This document shows positions 29,339 to 39,543 of a stretch of DNA of 64,000 bases, piece after piece. The stretch is from Desulfatiglandales bacterium (GTDB lineage: Bacteria; Desulfobacterota; DSM-4660; Desulfatiglandales; Desulfatiglandaceae). How positions within the stretch are numbered: position 1 is the stretch's first letter; every line of letters begins with the position of its first letter. The translations under genes and the position numbers were made by a program. The notes under the pieces are model-generated. The model was not told where the DNA came from, made no database searches, and saw only the letters and a program-made list of their open reading frames with translations. The DNA is taken from assembly GCA_963662465.1 (NCBI GenBank), contig OY759599.1, forward strand, positions 7,104,001 to 7,168,000, read 5' to 3'.

Positions 29339-30937
29339 CTAAGGCTGGGAATTTAGATTTTGCCTGTAATTCCAGGGAAGCCAGTTTTCGGGGTTTACTT
29401 TTACCAGCTCGGGATTTTTGTGAATGGCCAGGAGATATTCGTACGGATTTTCTCCGTTCATGGCACAGGTCTGAATAAGGCTCATAAAGATGTCTCCAAT
29501 GAGGGCGCCATGCTCTGTTTTGTAAAACAGGGAGTTTTTTCTGTGAAGAATGGCCTTTTTCAAAGCCCTTTCGCAGATGTTGTTGTCAAGGGGCGCTCCA
29601 GGAACTTCCAGGAACCGGGTTAACGCCTTCCAGTGATTCAGCATATACTGAATTGCCTTTCCCAAACCGGAATTCGGTTCCACGAGTTTTTCGTCCAATT
29701 GCTTGTTGAGCCAGCAATACAATTTATCCATCAAGGGTTTGCTTTCAGCCTGATGGAAGGCCAGACGCTCTTCGGGTGACATGTTTTCGTCCCTGGCAAT
29801 CTGATCATTGTGATACACTTTGGCAAGGGTATCGATCACAAACCGGCACTCTTCTGGAAAGCTCGGGGCGACATCCACGAAGTATCGGCGGGCATGGGTC
29901 AGGCAGTTTGCCATAATGACATCCAGATCCTCCGATGAATTTCGAGACAAGGCATCGCACATAAGCTGAGGTGGACTGAGACCGGTCAGGCGATTTTCAA
30001 GAAGCGCCTTCAGATTTTCACCCGCGTGATTTCTGCCGGTAAAATAAAGAACCGCCTGGCGGTCATCCATTTTGGATATAACGCCGGTGGTAAAAATCCC
30101 TTTTCGACCGTTTTTGGTTTCACCTTCCTTCATGAGGCTCAGAACTTTTCCCGTCGTATCGTCAATGTGGAACAACTCCCCCTGTGCGGATTGTTTCAGT
30201 AGTTCGATATACGGCCCTTTGGCCTCCAAACCCAATGGCTCAACGATACCCCACTGGGTTGATGCGGGAACCGGAACACCCATCATGGCTTGAAACTGCT
30301 GCAACCGATAGAAAGGAACGCCGTTGGCGTATTTTAGAAGGGCAATGGAAACCGCAACCGTTTCATCATGTTTCTGAGTTCCCATATCTTCAGGAGGCGT
30401 TGCGGTAAAAATTTGGCCGCACAGGTTGCAGCGAAGCTTTTCCAGTTCATAAATCGTTCCCGTTAAAGGCGGCGAACCCTTAATCCGGATTAACTTTTCG
30501 GGAACTTTTAACCGATATACTTTTCCCCTGGGACATTCCGGACAGGGGTCACCATGTTTGAGACTCTCGTGGCTTATGAACTTTCTTTCGGCGCCGGTAA
30601 AAGCCGAAGCACCGTTTCGACCATGGCCTTTCGGTGGGGGGTTGCCGCCTTTTGGACCGGGATCATCTTCCGGATTATCGCCGTCTTCGGAATCGGCGTC
30701 ATCTTCCGGATCATTAAACACTTTATCTTTCTTTTCGGATTTTTGCCCGAACAAGAGGTTTAGCAGCCGCTTGATGGATGCGGCCTTCTGGTCCAGTACC
30801 TGACTCAGGGCTTCAATGGTATCCGCCATGACCTTGATAATCTCGTAGTCGGATTCGGAAACCGCCGGTTTTATCCTTTCAAGAAGGGACTTGACGTCTT
30901 CGGGGGTTAATTCGAGTTTTTGGGGTTTATCCGGCAT
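29339..30937 (-). CDS. tnpC: IS66 transposase TnpC
   Basis: LFGQKSEK, HIDDT, MCDA, CLTHARR, DNNICERALK. Confidence 0.93.
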   Translation of the reverse strand: MPDKPQKLELTPEDVKSLLERIKPAVSESDYEIIKVMADTIEALSQVLDQKAASIKRLLNLLFGQKSEKKDKVFNDPEDDADSEDGDNPEDDPGPKGGNPPPKGHGRNGASAFTGAERKFISHESLKHGDPCPECPRGKVYRLKVPEKLIRIKGSPPLTGTIYELEKLRCNLCGQIFTATPPEDMGTQKHDETVAVSIALLKYANGVPFYRLQQFQAMMGVPVPASTQWGIVEPLGLEAKGPYIELLKQSAQGELFHIDDTTGKVLSLMKEGETKNGRKGIFTTGVISKMDDRQAVLYFTGRNHAGENLKALLENRLTGLSPPQLMCDALSRNSSEDLDVIMANCLTHARRYFVDVAPSFPEECRFVIDTLAKVYHNDQIARDENMSPEERLAFHQAESKPLMDKLYCWLNKQLDEKLVEPNSGLGKAIQYMLNHWKALTRFLEVPGAPLDNNICERALKKAILHRKNSLFYKTEHGALIGDIFMSLIQTCAMNGENPYEYLLAIHKNPELVKVNPENWLPWNYRQNLNSQP

Positions 30938-31805
30938 GACATAAATACTCCCGAAAGTCTTTACCCATGGGATACCCCCAGACGGCCTTTATGGAACGAT
31001 TGGGTTTACCGGTTTGATCGTTTTTGCCTCTTCCGGTGGTATCTCCCAGATAGACCCAGTTGGCGGCTTTATAACAGGTGCCGGAAAACAAGGTTTTATC
31101 AACGAATGTCTCAAGATAACAAATAGGATGGCGGTATTGCTTTTGCCAATCCTTTGAAATACGCCGGGCCATTTGGCTCAATATATGAGACGCCAGATAT
31201 TTGACCCGAATCCAGGGCAATATGAGAAGCCGGGTATTATAGGCCATCAGCGACAGGTTCTTCATGCGAACATCAGGAGACCATCCGATAAACTGATCCC
31301 GGCTTTTGATATGGCGTGGCGGTGAACTCCAGGCCATGCATGCAATGGGATTTTCCCCTGCGAAAACAATGTATTTCAGATGTTCTCCGACAGGTCTGCA
31401 ATAACCCAGGTAATGGTACTGGTCCACCAAGCTGTTGAACAGTTTCTCCAAAGGGGTGCGGCGTACCTGAATAAACCGCAGTGGGCGAATCGAAATCACC
31501 GATGTTGTCAGAGGCTTTTCGGGAACGGGGATCACTTCAGGTTTTTTCTGTTTTCCCGATGGATTGACCGGAGGCCGTTTCCTTTTGGGCAGCTGAATAT
31601 GCCCCGACCGGTGAAGCTGCAACATCAACCCCCGGCATACCATATCCCTTGTAACACCATTGGGCTGCACCCAGTTCCATGCCTTACACAGTTTCACCGA
31701 TAATGCATACCGGCTGTCTTGCGGGTTAGACGCGATCAACTCCTTTATAAAGGAGATGTCTTCTCGGTTGTAGTTCTTGCCTCTGTATTTGATGATCGTT
31801 TCCAT
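30927..31805 (-). CDS. DUF4338 (Druantia DruA-like) protein
   Basis: YHYLGY...GEHLKY...RDQFIGW...LETFVD..FSGTCYKAANW..G.TTGRGK. Confidence 0.85.
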   Translation of the reverse strand: METIIKYRGKNYNREDISFIKELIASNPQDSRYALSVKLCKAWNWVQPNGVTRDMVCRGLMLQLHRSGHIQLPKRKRPPVNPSGKQKKPEVIPVPEKPLTTSVISIRPLRFIQVRRTPLEKLFNSLVDQYHYLGYCRPVGEHLKYIVFAGENPIACMAWSSPPRHIKSRDQFIGWSPDVRMKNLSLMAYNTRLLILPWIRVKYLASHILSQMARRISKDWQKQYRHPICYLETFVDKTLFSGTCYKAANWVYLGDTTGRGKNDQTGKPNRSIKAVWGYPMGKDFREYLCHAG

Positions 31806-31858
31806 GGCAAAAACATAAGCATGTATGTTTTGAACGTAAGGGGGGGGACCTGGTTTTT

Positions 31859-32221
31859 TCAGGGTAAGCTAATTTTTTTCCATAAAGGCGCGGCTCCTTT
31901 GGGGTTGGTGTTCCATAAAATCATCTGCAGTTCATGGGCGGCCAGCTGCTCCAAACGGCCATTTTCCGGCCACCAGTGAAAACGACCACTCGACAGCCGT
32001 TTTTGGCAAAGCCAGAATCCCTGGCCATCATACCCGAGAATTTTGATGGTGGTCCCTCGTCTATTACGAAAAACAAAAATATACCCGGAGAAGGGATCTG
32101 ATTTTAAAACACTGCGGCAAATGCCGGCCAGGCCATCAATGCCTTTTCGAAAATCCACCGGCTTCACCGCCACAAGTATCCGCATTTGGGGGCTGATCTG
32201 CATCATGACTGTTGCCTCCAA
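31859..32221 (-). CDS. tnpB: IS66 accessory protein TnpB
   Basis: PVDFRKGIDGLA...FVFRNR...DGQGFWLCQKRL. Confidence 0.93.
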   Translation of the reverse strand: MEATVMMQISPQMRILVAVKPVDFRKGIDGLAGICRSVLKSDPFSGYIFVFRNRRGTTIKILGYDGQGFWLCQKRLSSGRFHWWPENGRLEQLAAHELQMILWNTNPKGAAPLWKKISLP

Positions 32222-32570
32222 AATGTTTGGATCAGGGATGCAACATCAATAGGCCCCTTCACATGGACTTTCATTCTGGCGCCTGCTTGTTCAAGCTCCA
32301 GATTCACTTCAACCGAATCAGCTGGTGGGTTGAGTGGTGGCAATTCTATGAATGTGGGTGGAAGAAGTTCTTCGGTCGGGCTGTTCGGAATACTTTCAAT
32401 GCGATCCTTCAGGTCACTGTAATTCAGGTGCAATGCTTTGGAAAGTTTATTAATGCTGAAATTATCCACCAGGGAAACAGCAGCATCCCATAAGGACTCA
32501 GGAATACGGTCCCGTTTCTTGCGGTTTTTGCGCCAGTCGGAAAACTGGGCTTGTACTGCTTCGAGACGTT

Positions 32571-34514
32571 GAGGGGTTTGCGCTGTGCTTAAGTCTCTGG
32601 TATCCTGGAGGGATTTGGCAGTGTCAAAAAAAACATTACCCCAAAAAAAAGATGGGTGGGCATCCTGAAATCAAGCACTTAGCTAGATCGAGTCGGAATT
32701 TTCCATTTTTTCACCCCAAGCGAAAGAACTTGTCGGAATACCTTGATTTTAATACAAAATATTGTACAATGCCTTCATCAGATAACAGGATAGAGTGTTT
32801 CTTTAAATATTTGATGGAGGCCGAAACTTGGCAGCAGTGAGTCCGTTTCTTTTTTCGTGGAATGATGTCGAAGCACGCTCGGATTTGGACCGTTTCTATC
32901 TGGTGCGCGATAATCTGCCTGATGAGAATATTGTAGCGGCACTTGAAAAGCGTCGCGGCAATGGGAGAGATGATTTTCCGATACGCGCAATGTGGAACGC
33001 GCTTATTGCGGGAGTCGTGTTCCAGCATGCATCCATTGAATCTTTGATTCGCGAATTGTCCAGGAATCCGGCGTTATTAGAGGCATGCGGATTTGATATT
33101 CTGCCGAGGCAAAAAAAACCGGTAGCTGAACTGAGACGCAATGAGGAAACGGGCCGAATGGAAATCATACGGTCTGAGAGCGGAAATGCATATTTTTTGG
33201 TTCCAGGTAGTTGGAATTTCTCAAGATTTTTAAGGAGCGTCATAGAACTGGAAGAATATGGTAATATGGTCAGCGGCATGGTGCGTGGGCTTCGAGAATC
33301 CTTAATGACAGAACTCCCTGATTTTGGTTGTCATTTAGGGTATGACGGCAAGGCTATCAACAGTTATAGTACGGGACAAGAAAGCCGGAAAACCGGTGAA
33401 ACCTCCGATACGGATGCAGATTGGGGCAAGCATGAAACGAAAGGGACAGACAGTAAAACCGGAAAGCAGTGGACAAAAGTAAAAAGCTGGTTTGGATATG
33501 GCCTTCATTTGATCGCTGATACCCTATATGAAATTCCGGTGGCAGTTCATGTAACACCTGCCTCGCATTCGGAACACAAGGAACTGCGAAGCATGATCAA
33601 AGAAATTTTTGAGGAAACACCGCAGCTTGGCGAGCGCTGTGATGATTTTGTGGCGGACCGTGGTTTGGATTCCGGCAAAACTAAGGCTCAGCTGTTGGAT
33701 GAATATGGGATTCGGCCCGGCATTGATACCCGTGAACTGTGGAGAGATGAAAAGAATGAGCCGGGATACGATCCTGCAAAACCGATCACACGACCTCTTT
33801 ATCCTGACCGGGCAGATACCATTGTGTATACTGAGAAAGGGACAGTCCATTGTATTTGTCCGGCTACTGGAGAACAGCGGGACATGGCTTTTTGTGGCTT
33901 TGAAAAAAATCGCAATACCCTGAAATATCGTTGTCCCGCAGCTGCAAACGGCTTTTCCTGTGAAGGATGTGGAGAGTGTTCATCTGCGGGGCAAGTTAAT
34001 CCCGGAGATTATGGGCGAATTGTCAGAATAAATATCACTGAGGAAGATCGGCGAATCTTCACACCCATTCCCTATGGTACGCAGGGTTGGGACCGAGCGT
34101 ATAATCGGCGTTCTTCTTTGGAGAGAATCAACAGTCGGATCGATAATGATTTTGGTTTTGAGAAACATTACATACGCGGCCAAGCCAAAATGCAAACAAG
34201 AGTTTGCTTGGCCACCGCCGTAATGATGGCAATGGCCCTTGGTCATGTAAGGGCTGGCCGTATTGAGCAAATGCGCTCCCTTGTACGGCCAATAGCCAGA
34301 GCCGCCTAATCCAATTTATTTAAAATAGTTATAAATAAATGATTTAATTTAAATTTAAAGGGATTAGCATGTCCAATTATCGGGTTTTTGGGGTATGTCT
34401 TTGGAAACCATAATATTCTGCTGCCATGTCGCCCTCTCAGACCTCGCGCCCGCGTTTTTTTGGGGCCCAGAACACCCCCGGTACGGCACAAAAACGGTAC
34501 AGCGCAAACCTCTC
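32571..34514 (+). mobile_element. IS1182/IS5-like element
   Basis: TIR GAG(G/A)GGTTTGCGCTGT; 5-bp DR ACGTT. Confidence 0.9.
32828..34309 (+). CDS. DDE transposase
   Basis: YDGK, DADWG, WFGYGLHLIAD, ADRGLD, YNRRSSLERINSR. Confidence 0.9.
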   Translation: MAAVSPFLFSWNDVEARSDLDRFYLVRDNLPDENIVAALEKRRGNGRDDFPIRAMWNALIAGVVFQHASIESLIRELSRNPALLEACGFDILPRQKKPVAELRRNEETGRMEIIRSESGNAYFLVPGSWNFSRFLRSVIELEEYGNMVSGMVRGLRESLMTELPDFGCHLGYDGKAINSYSTGQESRKTGETSDTDADWGKHETKGTDSKTGKQWTKVKSWFGYGLHLIADTLYEIPVAVHVTPASHSEHKELRSMIKEIFEETPQLGERCDDFVADRGLDSGKTKAQLLDEYGIRPGIDTRELWRDEKNEPGYDPAKPITRPLYPDRADTIVYTEKGTVHCICPATGEQRDMAFCGFEKNRNTLKYRCPAAANGFSCEGCGECSSAGQVNPGDYGRIVRINITEEDRRIFTPIPYGTQGWDRAYNRRSSLERINSRIDNDFGFEKHYIRGQAKMQTRVCLATAVMMAMALGHVRAGRIEQMRSLVRPIARAA

Positions 34515-36368
34515 ACGTTGCTTCTCCTTTGATTTTTTCTTCGCCATGGGCTATCCTCCTGAAAGGTTTTAGCCCAAGTTAAGTCCCCCGCCAGCATTTC
34601 ATGCGGGCTTGCCGAAAGGACACGATAATTGAAACAGGAGATAGTGTGATAAGACATCTAACCCCGCTTTCTCAATTGCAACGTGAAATTCTAAAACACT
34701 TTGGACTTAGCGCTTCTATATACGATAATTTAGAAGTTATGCAATAGTAGAATGTTATCGTCATAGCCCTTATAGGTTGTCACAATTGAAATACAGATTT
34801 TACGACAATTCATATCATTGTTGGAGATATGGAACGATGGTGTTTTACGCACAATCCATTCCATTTTCTGCCCTATTGTGTTGTTCCAATATTCGACGTG
34901 TGTTATTTTTCAGGCTTTACTAACCCATGGATGCATGTTGCTCAAAAAGACTCCTGGTAGGCTTTCCGGAAATAGCTTTTCCCCCTGCCAAGAGAGGTAC
35001 CCGCTACCAGATTTCGAAATTAATCGAAGTGCAAATTTAAAACGCGAACGATAAGTAAAGTGTTTAATGATCCGGAAGATGACGCCGATTCCGAAGACGG
35101 CGATAATCCGGAAGATGATCCCGGTCCAAAAGGCGGCAACCCCCCACCGAAAGGCCATGGTCGAAACGGTGCTTCGGCTTTTACCGGCGCCGAAAGAAAG
35201 TTCATAAGCCACGAGAGTCTCAAACATGGTGACCCCTGTCCGGAATGTCCCAGGGGAAAAGTGTATCGGTTAAAAGTTCCCGAAAAGTTAATCCGGATTA
35301 AGGGTTCGCCGCCTTTAACGGGAACGATTTATGAACTGGAAAAGCTTCGCTGCAACCTGTGCGGCCAAATTTTTACCGCAACGCCTCCTGAAGATATGGG
35401 AACTCAGAAACATGATGAAACGGTTGCGGTTTCCATTGCCCTTCTAAAATACGCCAACGGCGTTCCTTTCTATCGGTTGCAGCAGTTTCAAGCCATGATG
35501 GGTGTTCCGGTTCCCGCATCAACCCAGTGGGGTATCGTTGAGCCATTGGGTTTGGAGGCCAAAGGGCCGTATATCGAACTACTGAAACAATCCGCACAGG
35601 GGGAGTTGTTCCACATTGACGATACGACGGGAAAAGTTCTGAGCCTCATGAAGGAAGGTGAAACCAAAAACGGTCGAAAAGGGATTTTTACCACCGGCGT
35701 TATATCCAAAATGGATGACCGCCAGGCGGTTCTTTATTTTACCGGCAGAAATCACGCGGGTGAAAATCTGAAGGCGCTTCTTGAAAATCGCCTGACCGGT
35801 CTCAGTCCACCTCAGCTTATGTGCGATGCCTTGTCTCGAAATTCATCGGAGGATCTGGATGTCATTATGGCAAACTGCCTGACCCATGCCCGCCGATACT
35901 TCGTGGATGTCGCCCCGAGCTTTCCAGAAGAGTGCCGGTTTGTGATCGATACCCTTGCCAAAGTGTATCACAATGATCAGATTGCCAGGGACGAAAACAT
36001 GTCACCCGAAGAGCGTCTGGCCTTCCATCAGGCTGAAAGCAAACCCTTGATGGATAAATTGTATTGCTGGCTCAACAAGCAATTGGACGAAAAACTCGTG
36101 GAACCGAATTCCGGTTTGGGAAAGGCAATTCAGTATATGCTGAATCACTGGAAGGCGTTAACCCGGTTCCTGGAAGTTCCTGGAGCGCCCCTTGACAACA
36201 ACATCTGTTATGCCGCGAGCGGCATAACCATTATAATGCCGACTCCCGGATTATGCCGCATTACAAGAATTTTGTGGGATTATTCGTGCCTTGAAGTAGT
36301 TGCTGACGCGGCATAATTTTTGTGGGATCTTCGGTTTGGCAATCCCGCCAAACGAAAGGAGAGACCAC

Positions 36369-37613
36369 ATGAAAACATTCAGTAATTTCGTATCGAAAAA
36401 CAACCCGCATTCGAACCTATGTCAAACCCATGTCAACTCCTTCCTATCACACCTTCGCACTCTGGGGTATGCAGAACGGACGCTACGGAAAAAGCGTCCA
36501 GTTGCTGCCTCTTTTGCCCGATGGACAGTGGGGAAGCGGCTTACTGTAAACGATCTAAACGAATCCCATCTGACCGAATTCGTGGAGCGTTTGCACAAAA
36601 GGCAAAAAGCCCGGATAAAATTCGAAATGGCTGCCCTGCGGCTTTTTCTCAGCTATCTGCGCCAAGAAGGTGTGGTTCCAAATCCTCCAATACTTGATGC
36701 TTCACCCGTGGATGATTTTAAGCGGACCTACATAGAATACCTGCGAAAGGAGCGAGGACTCGCCGAAAACTCAATTCTTGTTTATTCGCCTTTCATCAGT
36801 GATTTTCTCAATGATCGGTTAGCCCAAACCGGTTGCATCTCTTTCCATGCATTGGATGCCCTGACAATCCAAAATTTCCTCCTCGATCGCATTCAAAACC
36901 GGTCGAGAGAATACTCGAGGCTTCTGGCCGCCGCCCTCCGATCATTCTTGCGGTTTCTTTACCTTCGCAAAGAAATAACAATTGATTTTTCCCTATCGAT
37001 TCCCAGAGTCCGTAAATGGCATCAGTCCGAGGTAATTGGCTTTCTAACCCCCGACCAGGTAGAAAGGATCCTTTCGTCAACCGATCTGTCGACGCCACGT
37101 GGAAGACGCGATTATGCCATTTTGCTTCTTCTTGCACGACTCGGTCTGCGTGCGGGAGAGATAATCACGATAGAACTCGGTGACATCCTCTGGCGGATCG
37201 GGGAGATCGTTATTCGCGGCAAGGGCCAAGTACAGGACCGACTACCATTGGTCTCAGATGTCGGAGATGCTTTAGCGGTTTATCTACGTCAAGACAGAGG
37301 AGATAGCGTATCGCGACGGGTTTTTCTGCGAATGATTGCTCCACGCGTTGGCTTGGCCGGCCCAGGGGCGATTGGCCATATTGTACGCCTTGCATTTGCC
37401 CGAGCCGGCATATGTGCTCCGAGCCGTGGCGCAGCCCATCTCTTCCGCCACGGTCTGGCCACCAGAATGATCCGCCAGGGTGCCTCCATCGCTGAGATCT
37501 CTGAGGTTCTCCGTCATCAATCCCAGAGTTCCACAGCCATTTACGCGAAGGTCGATTTCGAGACACTCCGTGAGATTGCTCCGCCTTGGCCGGGTCAAGG
37601 AGGTGTGCGATGA
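36369..37613 (+). CDS. RIT tyrosine recombinase A
   Basis: LGLRAGE, HLFRH, LRHQ, TAIY. Confidence 0.92.
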   Translation: MKTFSNFVSKNNPHSNLCQTHVNSFLSHLRTLGYAERTLRKKRPVAASFARWTVGKRLTVNDLNESHLTEFVERLHKRQKARIKFEMAALRLFLSYLRQEGVVPNPPILDASPVDDFKRTYIEYLRKERGLAENSILVYSPFISDFLNDRLAQTGCISFHALDALTIQNFLLDRIQNRSREYSRLLAAALRSFLRFLYLRKEITIDFSLSIPRVRKWHQSEVIGFLTPDQVERILSSTDLSTPRGRRDYAILLLLARLGLRAGEIITIELGDILWRIGEIVIRGKGQVQDRLPLVSDVGDALAVYLRQDRGDSVSRRVFLRMIAPRVGLAGPGAIGHIVRLAFARAGICAPSRGAAHLFRHGLATRMIRQGASIAEISEVLRHQSQSSTAIYAKVDFETLREIAPPWPGQGGVR

Positions 37614-38551
37614 CTGCAATCCGTGACGCACTTGCACGGTATTTAACAGTCCGCCGTGCCCTCGGTACTCGTCTACAAGAGCCAGCCACGACACTTGGCT
37701 ATTTTGTAGATTTCCTTGACCTTCAGGGAGCAAAATTCATCACCACTGATCTCGCCCTTCGTTGGGCGTGCCAGCCAAAGCATGTGCAAAGAGCGACATG
37801 GGCACGCCGGCTTACTATGGTCAGGCAGTTTGGTGCTTGGCTGAGTGCATTCGACCCGCGAACGGAAGTACCGCCAAAACGGCTCCTCAATGCCCGTCAT
37901 CGGCGCAGTAAGCCCTACATCTATACCGAACAGGAAATAGAACATCTCATGATCGAGGCCGCTTTGCTCCCGTCACCGATGGGATTGCGCGCATTAACCT
38001 ATGTGACGCTCATAGGTCTTCTTGCCGTTACGGGTATTCGGCCAGGTGAAGTGGTAGCTTTGAATCTGTCTGATGTGGATCTAAAGAACGGTATTCTTGT
38101 AATTCGGCAGACGAAATTTGGAAAGTCCCGTTTTGTTCCGATTGACGATTCGACATGTTCCGCCCTTTTGGATTATGCAAATCGACGCAATAACTTTTAC
38201 ACACGTTTTCAGACCAACAGTTTTTTTGTCTCCGAACGAGGCACAAGACTAAGTCTTGGATCCGCCCGACGTACATTCGCCAAAGTATCATGTGCTGTCG
38301 GTCTTCGAACTGCAAAAGATGGCTGCCGAATCGGTCGCGGACCAAGGCTTCAGGATTTTAGGCATACGTTTGCAACAAGAAGAATTATCAAATGGTATCA
38401 GGCCGGATTGGACGTGAACAGAGAGTTGCCAAAGCTCACTTCCTATCTCGGCCACTCAAACGTCAGTCATACTTATTGGTATATTGAGGCGGTCCCGGAG
38501 CTCCTCCAGCTCGCTTCCGAGCACATGGGCCGGCAAGGAGGTGCACAATGA
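37610..38551 (+). CDS. RIT tyrosine recombinase B
   Basis: TGIRPGE, TKFGKSR, QDFRH, LGHS, TYWY. Confidence 0.92.
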   Translation: MTAIRDALARYLTVRRALGTRLQEPATTLGYFVDFLDLQGAKFITTDLALRWACQPKHVQRATWARRLTMVRQFGAWLSAFDPRTEVPPKRLLNARHRRSKPYIYTEQEIEHLMIEAALLPSPMGLRALTYVTLIGLLAVTGIRPGEVVALNLSDVDLKNGILVIRQTKFGKSRFVPIDDSTCSALLDYANRRNNFYTRFQTNSFFVSERGTRLSLGSARRTFAKVSCAVGLRTAKDGCRIGRGPRLQDFRHTFATRRIIKWYQAGLDVNRELPKLTSYLGHSNVSHTYWYIEAVPELLQLASEHMGRQGGAQ

Positions 38552-39543
38552 AAGCCTCCAGCTTTTCATCACTTCTCCAGCGTTTCTTTACGGACAGATT
38601 GCTCGCACAGCTTGGCGCCAGTCCGCACACTGTTGCCGCATACCGGGATACCTTCCGTCTGTTGCTTCGCTTCGCCGCGAAACACTTCGGGCGTTCGCCT
38701 TCTGAACTGCGCATAGAAGAGCTCGATGTTTCTTTCCTGTGCAAGTTTATTCAACACCTTGAACTTGATCGCTGTAATTGCATCCGGACACGGAATAACC
38801 GCCTTTCCGCCCTGCAAGGTTTCTTTCGGTATGTGTCCTTCAGTGAACCCGCACTGTCATTGCACTGTCAGAGGGTTCTGGCGATCCCTGCCAAACGGTA
38901 CGAGCGCCGTCCGGTTGAGTTCCTGTCGGATGAAGAAACTGCCGCTCTTGTTGCAGTTCCCGATTCAAAAAAATGGATCGGCAGGCGTGACCGAGCGCTC
39001 CTGTTGCTCGCCTTACAGACAGGATTGCGAAATAGCGAAATCACATCGCTTCAGTGCAAGGATGTGGAACTCGGCACCGGTGCTCACGTCCGTTGCCTCG
39101 GAAAGGGTCGAAAGATGCGATGTACCCCTTTGCGCCCTGATGTCGTCGCAGTGCTGAAGAAATGGTTAAAGGAGCAAGATGGCCATCCACAAGATCCTCT
39201 CTTCCCAAGCTCACGCGGTTTACGTCTCAGTGCAGATGCTCTCCAGCGACTCGTTGCCAAACATGCAGCCATGGCGAGTCATACATGTCCATCCCTAAAA
39301 GGGAAAACAGTTACACCCCACACCTTGCGGCATTCGGCGGCCATGAGCCTGCTCCGACGTGGTGTTGATCTGACCGTGATTGCTCTCTGGCTCGGGCACG
39401 AATCAAATGAGACAACACAAATCTACTTGCATGCTGATATGGGAATTAAGGAGCAAGCCCTTGCCCATACCACTGCAAGTGGTTCCATACCTGATCGGTA
39501 TCTTCCTGAAGACCCTTTGCTAACATTCCTTGAGAGCCTTTGA
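38548..39543 (+). CDS. RIT tyrosine recombinase C
   Basis: TGLRNSE, GKGRK, HTLRH, LGHE, TTQIY. Confidence 0.92.
   Translation: MKASSFSSLLQRFFTDRLLAQLGASPHTVAAYRDTFRLLLRFAAKHFGRSPSELRIEELDVSFLCKFIQHLELDRCNCIRTRNNRLSALQGFFRYVSFSEPALSLHCQRVLAIPAKRYERRPVEFLSDEETAALVAVPDSKKWIGRRDRALLLLALQTGLRNSEITSLQCKDVELGTGAHVRCLGKGRKMRCTPLRPDVVAVLKKWLKEQDGHPQDPLFPSSRGLRLSADALQRLVAKHAAMASHTCPSLKGKTVTPHTLRHSAAMSLLRRGVDLTVIALWLGHESNETTQIYLHADMGIKEQALAHTTASGSIPDRYLPEDPLLTFLESL

Larger units (their letters stand above)
32203..34547 (-). pseudogene. tnpA: IS66 TnpA, interrupted by an IS
   Basis: MAKKKSKEKQR|LEAVQAQFSDWRKNRKKRDRIPESLWDAA... is restored by removing 32571-34519. Confidence 0.85.
29218..34623 (-). mobile_element. 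IS66-family element with a DUF4338 passenger gene
   Basis: TIR GTGTCCTTTC(T/G)GCAAGCC(T/C)GCAT; 8-bp DR GATAATTG at 29210 and 34624. Confidence 0.93.
28863..34746 (+). pseudogene. IS1634 transposase, C-terminal part (28863-29217 plus 34624-34746), split by IS66
   Basis: YGWKAYVTD...YRKQYRVERIFNRLKS...ITLTII|ETGDSVIRHLTPLSQLQREILKHFG. Confidence 0.85.

Noticed and set aside
34750..35055. Possible additional element end (AAGTGCAAAT shared with about 40014)
   Set aside because: Only a 10-bp match, with no TIR or DR structure to support it.
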